Assembly: GCA_963706325.1 (NCBI GenBank) | Contig: CAVPLT010000001.1 | Location: 768,001-832,000 of the forward strand | DNA: 64,000 nucleotides | Direction of reading: 5' to 3' | Source of the DNA: an uncultured Nitrospiraceae bacterium | GTDB taxonomy: Bacteria > Nitrospirota > Nitrospiria > Nitrospirales > Nitrospiraceae | Part shown: positions 30,674 to 41,979 of the stretch, one piece after another | How the letters are laid out: the number at the start of each line of letters is the position of its first letter | Numbering within the stretch: position 1 is the first letter of the stretch | The notes under the pieces: model-generated | Seen by the model: the letters and a program-made list of their open reading frames with translations, nothing else | What the model was told of the DNA's origin: nothing | The model's database searches: none | Program-made: the position numbers and the translations under genes

Positions 30674-30812
30674 ATCCTCTCGCCTATCCTTGCAATGGGC
30701 TTGGTGGCTCCTGTAGGATACTCACTTGCCAAAGTTCACGCTGTGAACCTGGACTCGTTTCACGATTACTCCTTTCCAGAGGCAGGTTCCGCGAGGAGGG
30801 CATCCCCCCATC

Positions 30813-31889
30813 ATGTCGGACGATTTACGAGAACATCGACAGGAAATAGACCAAATCGACGATCAGATTTTGCGTCTTCTGAACCAGCGCTCAAAGTCTG
30901 TGATCGAAATCGGCAAACTGAAGAAATTGAGGGATGCCGAGGCTCCGCTCCACACGCCGGCCCGTGAGGCGGCGATTTTTGAGCGACTCAGCCAGCAAAA
31001 CACCGGACCCTTTCCCACCGATGCCATTCGCGCGGTGTATCGGGAAATCATGTCCGCCTCGCTGTCCCTTGAGGGGCCGCAGAAAGTTGCCTATCTGGGG
31101 CCGCGGGCCACATTCACCCATATGGCCTGCATGCAGAAATTCGGGTCGTCCGCGCAGTACATCCCCGTCAACAGTATTAAAGACGTATTCAGTGAAGTGG
31201 AGCGGGGGCGGGCGCATTTTGGCGTGGTGCCGATCGAGAACACCACAGAAGGTGTCGTGAACCACACGTTGGACATGTTCATCGATTCCAGCCTTTTGAT
31301 CTACGGAGAAGTATTGCAGGAAGTGGCGCACCATCTGATGTCTAAGAATGGGGTTGTCGGGGACATCACCAGAATTTATTCGCATCCCCACGCCATTGCC
31401 CAATGTCGAAATTGGCTCGAAACGAATCTGCCTCGCGTGCCGGCATCGGAAGTGGCGAGCACCGCCAGGGCCGCTGAGTTGTGTGTCGACGATCCGTCGG
31501 CGGCTGCGATCGCCTCGGAATTGGCCTCCCAGTTATACGGGTTGAAGGTCATCACAGCCAGGATCGAGGATAACATCAACAACTTCACACGCTTTCTCGT
31601 CCTGTCGCAGAAGCCACCGGAGCGGACTGGTCGCGACAAGACCTCGCTGATGTTATCGATCAAAGACAAAGTTGGCGCCCTGTACGATCTTCTGCGGCCC
31701 TTTGCCTCCCATGGCCTGAACATGACCAAGATTGAATCCCGTCCCTCCCGCCGGAAAGCCTGGGAGTATATTTTCTTTGTCGATCTCGAGGGGCACATCG
31801 ACGAGGAGCGAGTCAAAAAGGCGGCCGAGGAAGTGAAGAGTCGCTGCCTGTTCATGAAAATACTCGGATCCTATCCCGCCCATTCGTGA
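30813..31889 (+). CDS. pheA: Chorismate mutase/prephenate dehydratase
   Basis: CM N-terminus, VPIENTTEG, TRF, IESRP, ACT domain. Confidence 0.97.
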   Translation: MSDDLREHRQEIDQIDDQILRLLNQRSKSVIEIGKLKKLRDAEAPLHTPAREAAIFERLSQQNTGPFPTDAIRAVYREIMSASLSLEGPQKVAYLGPRATFTHMACMQKFGSSAQYIPVNSIKDVFSEVERGRAHFGVVPIENTTEGVVNHTLDMFIDSSLLIYGEVLQEVAHHLMSKNGVVGDITRIYSHPHAIAQCRNWLETNLPRVPASEVASTARAAELCVDDPSAAAIASELASQLYGLKVITARIEDNINNFTRFLVLSQKPPERTGRDKTSLMLSIKDKVGALYDLLRPFASHGLNMTKIESRPSRRKAWEYIFFVDLEGHIDEERVKKAAEEVKSRCLFMKILGSYPAHS

Positions 31890-31904
31890 GGATGATGTAA
31901 CACC

Positions 31905-32990
31905 ATGGCGCTGAAGGTGCATCCCGATATTGCCTCTCTCGTTCCATACGTTCCCGGAAAACCCATCGAAGAACTGCAACGAGAACTGGGTTTGCCCCGC
32001 GCCGTCAAGCTGGCGTCCAATGAAAATCCAATCGGGCCGTCCCCCCAGGCCCTTGCCGTGCTGGCCGAGACGGCGTCAACGCTGCACCGGTATCCTGACG
32101 GCGGGGCGTTTCAATTGCGTGGAGCGCTGGCTGAACGGTGGAAGGTCACCCCAGACCAGGTGATTCTGGGCAACGGATCGGATGAACTCCTGGGGCTTCT
32201 CGCGCGGACGTTTCTTTCGCCAGGCGATGAGGCCGTGATGGCCGAGCATACGTTCGTCATCTATAAGATGGAGGTCAAGGCGGCGCATGGCGTGGTGGTC
32301 GAAGTGCCGCAGAAGAATTGGCATCATGATTTGCCCGCGATGGCCGCGGCGATCACCGATAGGACGCGACTGCTCTTTGTCTGCAATCCGAACAATCCGA
32401 CCGGCACCATGGCGACCAAAACAGAGGTGGCAGCGTTGATGGCACGCGTGCCGGACCACGTGGTGGTAGTGTTCGATGAGGCCTATTACGAGTACGTCAG
32501 GCATCCGGAATATCCAGAGTCGCTGGACTACGTCAAGGCTGGACGACATGCCATCGTGCTGCGGACGTTTTCGAAGATTTACGGATTGGCCGGACTTCGG
32601 ATCGGCTATGGGATTACTACGCCTGAAATTACGAACTATCTCAATCGAATCCGGCCACCCTTCAACGCGAACAGTATGGCGCAACGCGCTGCGCTGGCCG
32701 CCTTGACCGATGAGGCGCATGTGACCGCCAGTCGGGCGCTCAACCATAATGAGATGGACAAGGTGCGGACGGGCTTGCAACGGCTTGGGTTTGAGGCGTT
32801 GCCGAGCGAGGCGAACTTTCTGTACTTCGATGTCGGGAGAAATGGCCGCGAGGTGTTCGACGCCCTCTTGCGAGAGGGCATCATCGTGCGCCATATCGAG
32901 GGCCGGATGTTGCGGGTGACCATCGGCTTACCGGACGAAAATCAATTGTTCCTAAGCGCGCTCAAGGACATCACGCGTGCGTCGCGATAA
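31905..32990 (+). CDS. hisC: Histidinol-phosphate aminotransferase
   Basis: KLASNENP, GNGSDE, NPNNPTG, RTFSKIYGLAGLRIG. Confidence 0.96.
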   Translation: MALKVHPDIASLVPYVPGKPIEELQRELGLPRAVKLASNENPIGPSPQALAVLAETASTLHRYPDGGAFQLRGALAERWKVTPDQVILGNGSDELLGLLARTFLSPGDEAVMAEHTFVIYKMEVKAAHGVVVEVPQKNWHHDLPAMAAAITDRTRLLFVCNPNNPTGTMATKTEVAALMARVPDHVVVVFDEAYYEYVRHPEYPESLDYVKAGRHAIVLRTFSKIYGLAGLRIGYGITTPEITNYLNRIRPPFNANSMAQRAALAALTDEAHVTASRALNHNEMDKVRTGLQRLGFEALPSEANFLYFDVGRNGREVFDALLREGIIVRHIEGRMLRVTIGLPDENQLFLSALKDITRASR

Positions 32991-33008
32991 GGAAGGCGAG
33001 ACGAGATC

Positions 33009-34022
33009 ATGATTATTGTCTTGAAACCCGAAGCTTCGGAACGTGAAGTCGATCACATCATTGATCGCCTCCGCGAGCTCGGATTGAAGTCGCATATTTC
33101 AACCGGCCAAGAGCGGACCATTATCGGAGTGATCGGCGACGATCGGATTTTGCATAATCAGCCGTTGACCGCCTTGCCCGGCGTCGAGAGTGTGTTGCCG
33201 ATCCTGGCTCCTTGGAAGCTGGTCAGCCGGGAGTTCAAAAAAGAGAATACCATCATTGATGTCAACGGGGTCAAAATCGGCGACAAAAAAATTACGATCA
33301 TGGCGGGTCCCTGCGCGGTCGAGCGATTGGAACTGACCGTGGGGATTGCGCACGAAGTCAAATCGTCCGGCGCCACGATTCTCCGGGGCGGGGCCTACAA
33401 GCCGCGGACCTCACCCTATTCGTTTCAAGGATTGGGGCGGGAAGGATTGGATTACTTAGTTGAGGCGAAGAAACAGACCGGGCTCCCGGTAGTGAGCGAG
33501 ATTTTGGATACGCGGGACATCGAATTATTTCTTGAGAAAGCCGACATCATTCAGATCGGCGCCCGAAACATGCAGAACTTCGAGTTGCTCAAGGAAGTCG
33601 GCGCGTACGACAAGCCGGTATTGTTGAAGCGCGGTCTGTCTGCCACGATCAAGGAGTTCCTTCTATCCGCTGAGTACATCATGTCGCGCGGCAATCGTAA
33701 CGTCATGTTGTGTGAGCGCGGCATTCGTACCTTCGAGACGCAGTATCGGAATACCTTGGACCTGGCAGCCATCCCCACCCTCAAGGATCTTTCGCATCTG
33801 CCGGTCATCGTCGATCCGAGCCATGCGACGGGCAAGTGGGATCTGGTGGCGCCGATGTCCAAGGCGGCGATCGCGGCCGGGGCCGACGGACTCTTGATCG
33901 AAGTGCATTCCAACCCTGAATGCGCGCTGTGCGACGGCGAGGAATCCATCCGGCCCTCCAAATTCAAGGAGCTGATGGCTGACTTGCGGAGGCTTGCGGC
34001 AGCAGTTGACAGGACGATCTAG
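33009..34022 (+). CDS. aroF: DAHP synthase (type I-beta with regulatory N-terminus)
   Basis: AGPC, KPRTSPYSFQG, GARNMQNF, CERGIRTF, DPSH. Confidence 0.96.
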   Translation: MIIVLKPEASEREVDHIIDRLRELGLKSHISTGQERTIIGVIGDDRILHNQPLTALPGVESVLPILAPWKLVSREFKKENTIIDVNGVKIGDKKITIMAGPCAVERLELTVGIAHEVKSSGATILRGGAYKPRTSPYSFQGLGREGLDYLVEAKKQTGLPVVSEILDTRDIELFLEKADIIQIGARNMQNFELLKEVGAYDKPVLLKRGLSATIKEFLLSAEYIMSRGNRNVMLCERGIRTFETQYRNTLDLAAIPTLKDLSHLPVIVDPSHATGKWDLVAPMSKAAIAAGADGLLIEVHSNPECALCDGEESIRPSKFKELMADLRRLAAAVDRTI

Positions 34023-34048
34023 GCCTAATTGCAGCAAACAGTCGTCGA

Positions 34049-34945
34049 ATGATGAGACCACATTTCAAGCAAGTTGCAATTATTGGAGTTGGATTGATCG
34101 GCGGGTCCCTAGGGATGATTTTGCGCCGGCAGAACCTCGCCGACTCTGTCGTCGGCATCGGGCGGCGTGTTGAGAATCTCAAGACGGCCGTCGAAATGGG
34201 CGCGATCGATCGCTATGTGTCGGACCCTCGAGAAGGTGTCGAAGGCGCAGATTTTGTCCTCTTGGCCACTCCAGTAGACACGTATGAAGGGCATCTCCAG
34301 GAGTGGTCGACCTGCCTCAAGCCGGGGGCCATCGTGAGCGACGTCGGGAGCGTAAAGGGCGAGTTGGTCATGCGGGCTGAAGCGCTGATACCTCCTGCCG
34401 TGAGCTTCGTAGGCGCACATCCGATTGCCGGCAAGGAGAAAACCGGTGTGGCTGCAGGATCCGAGACGCTCTTCACCGGCGCGCGCTGTATTTTGACACC
34501 CACGGCCAAGACAGATCCGGACGCGCTGCGCATCGTTCGTGCCCTGTGGGAGCTCGCCGGGTCGGTCGTGCTGGAAATGGACCCCTTTCTTCACGACAAA
34601 ATTCTCGGCGCAGTCAGCCATCTTCCGCACGTAGCGGCGTTTGCATTGATGACGGCGCTTGCGGATGTGCGTGACCACGGCGTGCCGGAACTCGATTTGG
34701 CCGGCCATTCAGGAGGAGGTTTGCGAGATACTACGCGTATCGCGGCCAGTTCTCCTGAGATGTGGCGAGACATTTTCTTATGGAACCGGGACAATCTGGT
34801 GTTTCTGATCGAGACCTATGAGCGGCATCTCGGCGAGCTCAAGCGGTTGATTGCGTCAGGCGACGCGGCCGGTATCGAAAAGCAGCTGGACCAAGCCAAA
34901 CATGAGCGGGAACAGCTGACCGCGCGTACGTCGGGAAAGGTGTAG
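34049..34945 (+). CDS. tyrA: Prephenate dehydrogenase
   Basis: GVGLIGGS, DVGSVK, HPIAG, SHLPH, RDTTRIA. Confidence 0.96.
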   Translation: MMRPHFKQVAIIGVGLIGGSLGMILRRQNLADSVVGIGRRVENLKTAVEMGAIDRYVSDPREGVEGADFVLLATPVDTYEGHLQEWSTCLKPGAIVSDVGSVKGELVMRAEALIPPAVSFVGAHPIAGKEKTGVAAGSETLFTGARCILTPTAKTDPDALRIVRALWELAGSVVLEMDPFLHDKILGAVSHLPHVAAFALMTALADVRDHGVPELDLAGHSGGGLRDTTRIAASSPEMWRDIFLWNRDNLVFLIETYERHLGELKRLIASGDAAGIEKQLDQAKHEREQLTARTSGKV

Positions 34946-34951
34946 GCAACC

Positions 34952-36280
34952 ATGGCGTCTCTGACTGTCACACCGGGCCGTCCGTTGAAGGGCATGGTCA
35001 CTGTACCAGGGGACAAGTCTGTCACTCATCGGGCAATCATCCTCACGGCTCTGGCGGAGGGGGTCAGCACCGTCTCAGATTATTGTCGCGGTGAAGATTG
35101 CCTGAATACGATGCGCGCGTTTCAATCGCTCGGTGTGCGGATCGAGGAAACGGTTGACCAGTTATTAGTACATGGAAAAGGCATGTGGGGTCTTACGGAA
35201 CCATTCGGTCCCATCGACTGTGGGAACTCCGGCACCGGCATTCGTTTAATGACTGGAGTGCTGGCCGGACAGGATTTTTTTACGGTCCTCACGGGGGACG
35301 ATTCGATCAGGCGACGCCCAATGGGCCGGGTCGTGAAACCGTTACGGTCGATGGGAGCGACGATTGCAGGAAGAAAAGGCGGGGAATTGGCGCCGTTGGC
35401 GATTACCGGTACGCGACTGACAGGGATGTCCTATTCATCGCCGGTCGCGAGTGCCCAAATCAAATCATCGCTGTTGTTTGCCGCCCTCTATGCCGATGGC
35501 ATGACGACCATTGTGGAGCCGCGCCTTTCGCGTGATCATACGGAACGCATGTTTGCCTATTTCGGGATCCCCTTGCGTCGCGATGGGTGCACGGTTCAGA
35601 TCGAAGGGCGTCCGTCTGTCCGATGGAGCGGCAAGAGGGTTGTGGTGCCAGGTGACCTGTCTGCGGCGGCATTTTTTGTGGTAGGGGCATTGATTGTGCC
35701 GGGATCGGATGTGACGGTCGGTGGCGTGGGTATGAATCCAACTCGGACGGGCCTCTTGGACATCCTGCGTGACATGGGCGCTCAAATCGACGTGCTTAAT
35801 CCGCGCGAAGAGGCCGGTGAACCTGTCGCAGATCTCCATGTGCGTTCGCAGCCGCTTCGAGGCGTACGAATTGGACCAGAGCAAATTCCGCAGACAATCG
35901 ATGAATTTCCGATCCTCTGCGTCGCCGCGGCTGTGGCTGAAGGCGAAACGGTTATCACAGGCGCCGAGGAATTACGGGTCAAGGAAAGTGATCGGATTGC
36001 CACGATGGCGACCGAACTGCGGGCCATGGGAGCGCGCATTGAAGAACGACCCGATGGAATGGTGATTCAAGGACTCGGGGGTAAGGGACTGAACGGGACG
36101 CTGACTGCTGCGACCTGTGCGAGCCACGGCGACCATCGTGTGGCCATGTCAGTTGCGATTGGAGCGTTGACCGCTCGGGAACCGACTTTCATTCAGGACA
36201 CAGCCTGTATCGAGACGTCTTTCCCGCATTTCGATCGTACCCTATTGGAACTGTTGACTGCTCCCGCAAAACGTCTATAG
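34952..36280 (+). CDS. aroA: EPSP synthase
   Basis: PGDKS..HR, GNSGT, ASAQIKS, RDHTE, ELRVKESDR, DHR. Confidence 0.98.
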   Translation: MASLTVTPGRPLKGMVTVPGDKSVTHRAIILTALAEGVSTVSDYCRGEDCLNTMRAFQSLGVRIEETVDQLLVHGKGMWGLTEPFGPIDCGNSGTGIRLMTGVLAGQDFFTVLTGDDSIRRRPMGRVVKPLRSMGATIAGRKGGELAPLAITGTRLTGMSYSSPVASAQIKSSLLFAALYADGMTTIVEPRLSRDHTERMFAYFGIPLRRDGCTVQIEGRPSVRWSGKRVVVPGDLSAAAFFVVGALIVPGSDVTVGGVGMNPTRTGLLDILRDMGAQIDVLNPREEAGEPVADLHVRSQPLRGVRIGPEQIPQTIDEFPILCVAAAVAEGETVITGAEELRVKESDRIATMATELRAMGARIEERPDGMVIQGLGGKGLNGTLTAATCASHGDHRVAMSVAIGALTAREPTFIQDTACIETSFPHFDRTLLELLTAPAKRL

Positions 36281-36292
36281 TGCGAGGATTCT

Positions 36293-36991
36293 GTGGGTGA
36301 GAGCGCTCAGTTGAGGCAGGGGAAGCAAGGTCTCATCATCGCGATTGATGGTCCGGCCGGCGTTGGGAAAAGTACGGTCGCCAGACTGTTGGCGTTGCGG
36401 CTCGGATATTTGTACCTGGATACGGGCGCTCTGTATCGTGCTGTGGCCTGGAAGGTGCAAGACGCAGGGCTGGATGCGAATGATCGAACGACCATTGCCA
36501 CGCTCTTGCCTGAGACCACGCTTCGAATGGCCTGCGGCCCGGAACAGGCGCATGTTCTGATGGATGGACGGGATATCACGGGTGAATTGCGTACACCTGG
36601 CGTGACGGCACTCGCTTCGATGGTGTCGGCGATTCCCGCTGTGCGCGAATGGCTCTTGCCGGTGCAGCGGCAAATTGGCGCAGGCGGCTGCGTAGTGGCA
36701 GAGGGACGCGATATCGGGACCCGGGTGTTCCCGGAGGCGGACGTTAAATTTTTTCTCGAGGCCGATCCGGATGTTCGGGCGACCAGGCGACATCGTGAAC
36801 TGGTAGCGGCTGGACATTCGGTTCCATTGGACCAGACTAAGCGCGATCTTACGGGGCGAGATGATCGCGATCGGTCCCGAGCGGTGGCCCCCTTGATCCC
36901 TGCGCCAGATGCTGAGCATATCGATACCTCAAGCATGCCCGCAGAGTCGGTCGTCGAGCACATGATGGCTGTGATCACGGCGAAATTGTGA
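36293..36991 (+). CDS. cmk: Cytidylate kinase
   Basis: IDGPAGVGKST, DTGALYR, EGRDIGT. Confidence 0.97.
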   Translation: MGESAQLRQGKQGLIIAIDGPAGVGKSTVARLLALRLGYLYLDTGALYRAVAWKVQDAGLDANDRTTIATLLPETTLRMACGPEQAHVLMDGRDITGELRTPGVTALASMVSAIPAVREWLLPVQRQIGAGGCVVAEGRDIGTRVFPEADVKFFLEADPDVRATRRHRELVAAGHSVPLDQTKRDLTGRDDRDRSRAVAPLIPAPDAEHIDTSSMPAESVVEHMMAVITAKL

Positions 36992-37683
36992 TCTCCGCAC
37001 TCTATGGCTGTTTGTGGATTGTCTCGCGAGTGATCGGGTGGGTGTGTTTCGGGTATCGCACGGTCGGCAGGGTTCCGCGGCAAGGCGGATTTCTCATCGC
37101 CTCGAACCATGCCAGCTATTTGGACATTCCATTGCTGGGCTGTGGTGTGCTACGGCGGGTCTGGTATATGGGCCGGCATGACTTGTTTCCAGTGCCTTGG
37201 CTTAATGGACTATTGCAGGCTCTTGGCTGGATTCCCTTGCGGATCGGACGACTTGATCGTGATGCTTTCAGCAAGGCCGTCTCCCTCATCAAGGAAGGCA
37301 AGCCGGTGGCGATCTTTCCTGAGGGAGGACGAACGATGACCGGTGCATTGAAACCTGGGAAGCCAGGAATTGGGGTGATTGTGGCGCAAACCGGGTGTCA
37401 GGTGGTACCCGCTCATATCGGCGGCACATTCAAGGTGCTGCCGCCCGGGGCCAAGTGGCCTAGATTTCACCGAGTGACCGTGGCTTATGGGACGCCGATT
37501 GATTTTTCGGCTGACGCCGCTCAGTTGGAAGGCAAAGCATTTTATCAACATGTCAGTCGAACGGTGATGGGGAAGATTGCGGAGCTCGGACAAGTTCCGA
37601 CTGCTGGGGACTGGTCGGCGAAAGCCGGGCAGCGCCACGATCTCGATACCACGCCAACGGCCAAGTCTTGCAACGCTGAGTAA
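36988..37683 (+). CDS. plsC: 1-acyl-sn-glycerol-3-phosphate acyltransferase
   Basis: NHASYLD, FPEG. Confidence 0.92.
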   Translation: MISALYGCLWIVSRVIGWVCFGYRTVGRVPRQGGFLIASNHASYLDIPLLGCGVLRRVWYMGRHDLFPVPWLNGLLQALGWIPLRIGRLDRDAFSKAVSLIKEGKPVAIFPEGGRTMTGALKPGKPGIGVIVAQTGCQVVPAHIGGTFKVLPPGAKWPRFHRVTVAYGTPIDFSADAAQLEGKAFYQHVSRTVMGKIAELGQVPTAGDWSAKAGQRHDLDTTPTAKSCNAE

Positions 37684-37740
37684 GATTTGGTTGCTCTCAC
37701 GTTCAGCACCCGGCTCGAGCCGGAGGACGAGGATCTTTTC

Positions 37741-39466
37741 ATGAGTACTGTCACACCAGAAAGCGAACCCACACTCGATCGCGACGCCTTGGCGGCGATG
37801 TACGAGGAAACCTTCCGCAACTTTGAGGAAGGAACCATCACCGAAGGCATGGTCGTGGCCATCGGTAAGGATAAAGTGGTGGTCGATATCGGCTATAAGT
37901 CCGAGGGGATGATTCCGGGCGACCAATTCTCACACGAGGAATTGGCGCAACTGAAGGTGGGCGATCGGCTCCAGGTCTACCTCGAGGAATGTGAAGACGC
38001 CGACGGGAATTTGGTGCTCTCCAAAGAAAAAGCCGACAAGATGAAAATCTGGGAGGAATTGGAGAAGCTGCACAAAGAAGAAAAAAGCATTGAGGGTAAG
38101 ATTATTTCTCGCATCAAGGGCGGCATGATGGTCGATATCGGCGTCAAGGCGTTCCTGCCTGGCTCGCAGATCGATCTGCATCCTGTCCGCGATCTGGATG
38201 GGCTGGTCGGGAAGACCTTCCCACTCAAGATCATCAAGATCAATCATCGCCGGGGCAACGTCGTCGTCTCGCGTCGAGTACTGCTGGAAGAGAATCGCGA
38301 TCGCCGGCGCCAAACGACATTGGCCACATTGAAGGAAGGCCAGCTGATTCAGGGCATGGTCAAAAACATCACCGACTACGGAGCCTTCATCGACCTGGGC
38401 GGGATCGACGGACTTGCTGCATATCACGGACATGTCATGGGGTCGTGTAGGACATCCATCCGAATTGTTCCAAGTCAGCGACAAGGTTGAAGTGACGGTG
38501 TTGAAGTATGATCGTGAGACTGGCCGTATTTCTCTTGGCCTGAAGCAGAAGTCGGCGGATCCCTGGACCGGTGTCGCCGCGAAGTATCCGGTCGGCACTC
38601 GCGTGCGTGGCCGAGTCGTGAGCTTGACCGATTACGGAGCGTTCGTCGAATTGGAGCCAGGCGTGGAAGGATTGGTGCACGTATCCGAAATGTCTTGGAC
38701 CCACGAAGTCCGGCATCCCTCGCGTGTGGTGTCCGTTGGCGATCAGGTTGAAGCGGCCGTGTTGAACGTCGATCCGGGCAAGCCGGAAAATCTCCTTAGG
38801 GATGAAGCAGACGGCGCCGAATCCTTGGGACATGATCGAAGCCAAGTACCCGGCCGGGACGCGCATTGAAGGAAAGGTGAAGAGTCTGACCGACTTTCGG
38901 CGCGTTCGTTGGCTTAGAAGAAGGGATCGATGGATTGATCCATATTTCCGACATGTCCTGGACCAAGCACATCAAGCATCCGTCGGAGCTCTTCAAGAAG
39001 GGCCAGAAGGTCGATGCGGTGGTCATTCGAATCGACAAGGATAAGGAGCGGCTCTCGCTGGGCTACAAACAATTGACGCGCGATCCATGGGAAGAGCAAA
39101 TTCCAATCAAGTATCGGTCGGGGATAGCGGTTACCGGTAAGGTGAGCAAGATCGCTGATTTCGGGCTCTTCATTGAACTGGATGGCGACGTTGAAGGTTT
39201 GATCCATGTCAGCGAGGTCGGCCTCGATGCGCAATGTTCGCATGGAAGACAAGTTCAAGCCGCAGGATGACGTGACGGCCAAGATCATCAAGGTCGATCG
39301 AGAGGAGCGCAAGATTGCGCTTGAGCCTCCGCGATCACCAGATGGATAGTGATCGTCGACAAGTGGATGAGTTTCATGCTACCCAGGGTGCGGTTGGATC
39401 AGACCTGGGACGAGCAGCCAAGCAAAGCCGGAAGCGGAATGGGCGAGAGTGACTTCCGAAGCATAG
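37741..39466 (+). CDS. rpsA: 30S ribosomal protein S1, broken by several 1-nt indels (likely sequence errors)
   Basis: Consecutive S1 repeats across frames: [45 protein letters not shown]; end approximate. Confidence 0.9.
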
Positions 39467-39484
39467 CGTGCTGCTGGAGATTCA

Positions 39485-40392
39485 AGGGATCCACAGAGCA
39501 GAGACACACCGGAAAGCCGGGCAGAAGCGAAGCATCGCGCGCCGGTTGTCTGGTCATCGTTCTCGTGGGACGGAGCCGTTGCTTCTGATTAATGCATTCC
39601 TCCCCGACCTCGATCTTTCGGGACAGGAACGTGTTGCGCTTATTCGTATCGAGGGGGTGATTCTCGATGCGCAGACGACGATCGGGGAGTTGAAGCGACT
39701 TTAGCGAGAATCCCTTGGTCAAGGCGATCGTGTTGCGCATCGACAGTCCTGGAGGAGGCGTCGTCCCGTCCCAGGAGATTCATGATGCGGTGAAACGGGT
39801 AAAGAATAAGAGCAATAAGGCCGTGATCGCTTCGATGGGGACGGTGGCGGCTTCCGGAGGGTATTACATTGCCGCCGCCACGACCGTATCATCGCCAATC
39901 CTGGCACATTGACCGGCAGTATCGGCGTGATCATGGAAATGGCGAACGTCGAAGGGTTGCTGAAGAAGATCGGGGTGGAAGGCGTGGTGATCAAGAGTGG
40001 ACGATTCAAGGACGTCGGTTCGCCGTTCCGAAAAATGAGCGACGATGAACGCAAGTTGTTGCAGTCAGTCATGGACGATGTGCATCATCAGTTTATTCAG
40101 GCGGTGGCCGACGGACGGTCGTTGGAGCTGTCTGATGTAGAACCCCTGGCGGATGGACGTATCTTTACCGGGCGTCAGGCGAAGGAGGCCAGACTTGGTC
40201 GACGAATTGGGCGACCTTGATGATGCGATCCGTATCGCGGCAGATATTGCCGGCATACAAGGGGAACCAAAAGTCGTGGAACCGCGCAAACGGTTCTCGT
40301 TTCGAGATATTATCGAGTCGCGGTGGTCGTCGTTGTTTCCGAAGCTGGAGTTCGAGACCGGCGTCAAACTGAAATACCTGATGGCGTTCTGA
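39485..40392 (+). CDS. sppA: Signal peptide peptidase SppA (S49), frameshifted (likely errors)
   Basis: LRIDSPGG, AASGGYY, TGSIGV, DGRIFTG across frames; start approximate. Confidence 0.85.
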
Positions 40393-40461
40393 CCAACCGG
40401 ATCGCCGTCGGCAGTTGCAATTCACAGTCGAACGTAACTCCCACCTACGAGGAGAGGGACG

Positions 40462-40739
40462 ATGACTAAAGCGCAGATTATCGAGCGGGTTTCGGAGCAG
40501 GTGACGACCCTGACGAAGCGACAAGCCGAGGTGGTCGTGAATACCATTTTCGACTGTATTCGTGATTCACTTCGAAGCGGTAACAAGACCGAAATTCGAG
40601 GGTTCGGCAGTTTCCGGTTCCGTGCGAGACGAATGAAGGAAGGCCGCAATCCAAAGACCGGGGCGACTGTAGCCGTACCGGCCAAGCGTGTGCCCTTCTT
40701 CAAGGCCGGCAAGGAACTGAAGGAATTTTGAATAAGTAA
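40462..40739 (+). CDS. ihfB: Integration host factor beta / HU family protein
   Basis: EIRGFGSF, GRNPKTG, PFFKAGKELK; follows rpsA-sppA; a terminal indel likely shifts the stop. Confidence 0.85.
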
Positions 40740-40752
40740 CAGGAGTGATGCC

Positions 40753-41750
40753 GTGGCAGAGGCACCAAACATAACAGCGCGCCGGATGTTCGGTGGACTG
40801 AGGGGGCACTGAAGCGTATGGAACGCGCGCCGCTGTTTTTGCGGGGAATGGTACGCCGTCTCGCCGAGAAAAAGGCGCGTGAATTAGGCTACGGTGAGAT
40901 TACCGAGGAGATTCTCGACCAGTTCAAGGGCCAAATGATGGGAACCATGGGCGGCGAAGGCGGCATGGCCGAGGCTGCCGACCAAATGGCGAAGGGACAA
41001 TTGCCCTGGACTGCTGCCGCGAAGGAACGGCTAGCCGCTGTGCCGGAGTTTATGCGGGGAATGATCAAGCAAATTGCCGATGAGATCGCTCGCAAAGGCG
41101 GTCACATGGAAGTTAACGTCGACCTGTTCGAGAAGGTTGAAGCTTTGGGCGACATCCGCGAGCGCGAATTGCCTCCGTTGGAATGGACCGAAGGGGCCTT
41201 GGCATTGCTTCAACAGAAGATTAAGGAGTCGCCGCCGATCGCGATGGATTTCGTCAGCGATATGATCCGGCACGACACAGAGGAGCTAGCGAGGGAGAAG
41301 GGACTCACGCGGATCGACGAGCAGGCCGTGGTGAATTTGTGGGATGCCCCGCAGGAGCGCGTGACATGGAGCGATGAAGCGTGGAAGCGCCTTCAAACGT
41401 CGCCGGACTTCGTCCGTAGCGGAATTCGCAAAGCGGCTGAGCGGAGGGCCCGAAAGCTCGGCCTGTCAGAAGTCGATTCCGAACATCTCACCACGTTCCG
41501 CAACCAGGCCATGATGAAAGCGGTGAAGCGCATTCGTTCGTTTGGTTACAACGAACTCACATTCGACGCCTTTGACACGGCCCTGGAAAAAACGAAACGC
41601 CTGCAGGGCAATGATCAAGCGGAAAAGAGACTGCAAGAAATTCGGTCACACTTCAGTGACCCCGATACCAAAAAGCCCGACGGTGGAACCCTGGGGGCCG
41701 ATTTAATGGGACGCTTCAGGAGATTTCTGAAGGGGGAAGGATCACTTTAG
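40753..41750 (+). CDS. Protein of four tandem PCP_red-like repeats; N-terminus frameshifted
   Basis: Repeats of W[TS]xxA..R...P.F.R....E..AR..G...[IV]; AGGAG RBS at 40741 with GTG 40753 out of frame with the 40818 ORF. Confidence 0.8.
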
Positions 41751-41802
41751 CAGGTCAGTCTACTCTCTGTTTCGCCCTCCCGCGTCCTATTTCATGTCCC
41801 GC

Positions 41803-41822
41803 CGTCCGAAGACGGACGTTTT
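41803..41822 (+). terminator. Putative intrinsic terminator
   Basis: CGTCCG-AAGA-CGGACG followed by TTTT. Confidence 0.45.
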
Positions 41823-41979
41823 ATATCCCCACGATCGGTATGCCGGTGAGTTGTGGCGTTGCGGCACCTGCGTCTCAGCCGGTTGGTTCGTCAAGGGAAG
41901 AACCAACTAGACTGACTCGTCTAAAAGGCAGGGTCGCAACGCCAATCTATCGAGAGTGCGGGAGGGAGATGACGTGTGT

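Noticed and set aside
37741..40392. Programmed frameshifting or true pseudogenisation of rpsA and sppA
   Set aside because: Indels are numerous and confined to one patch, with no consistent slippery motif; sequence error is simpler
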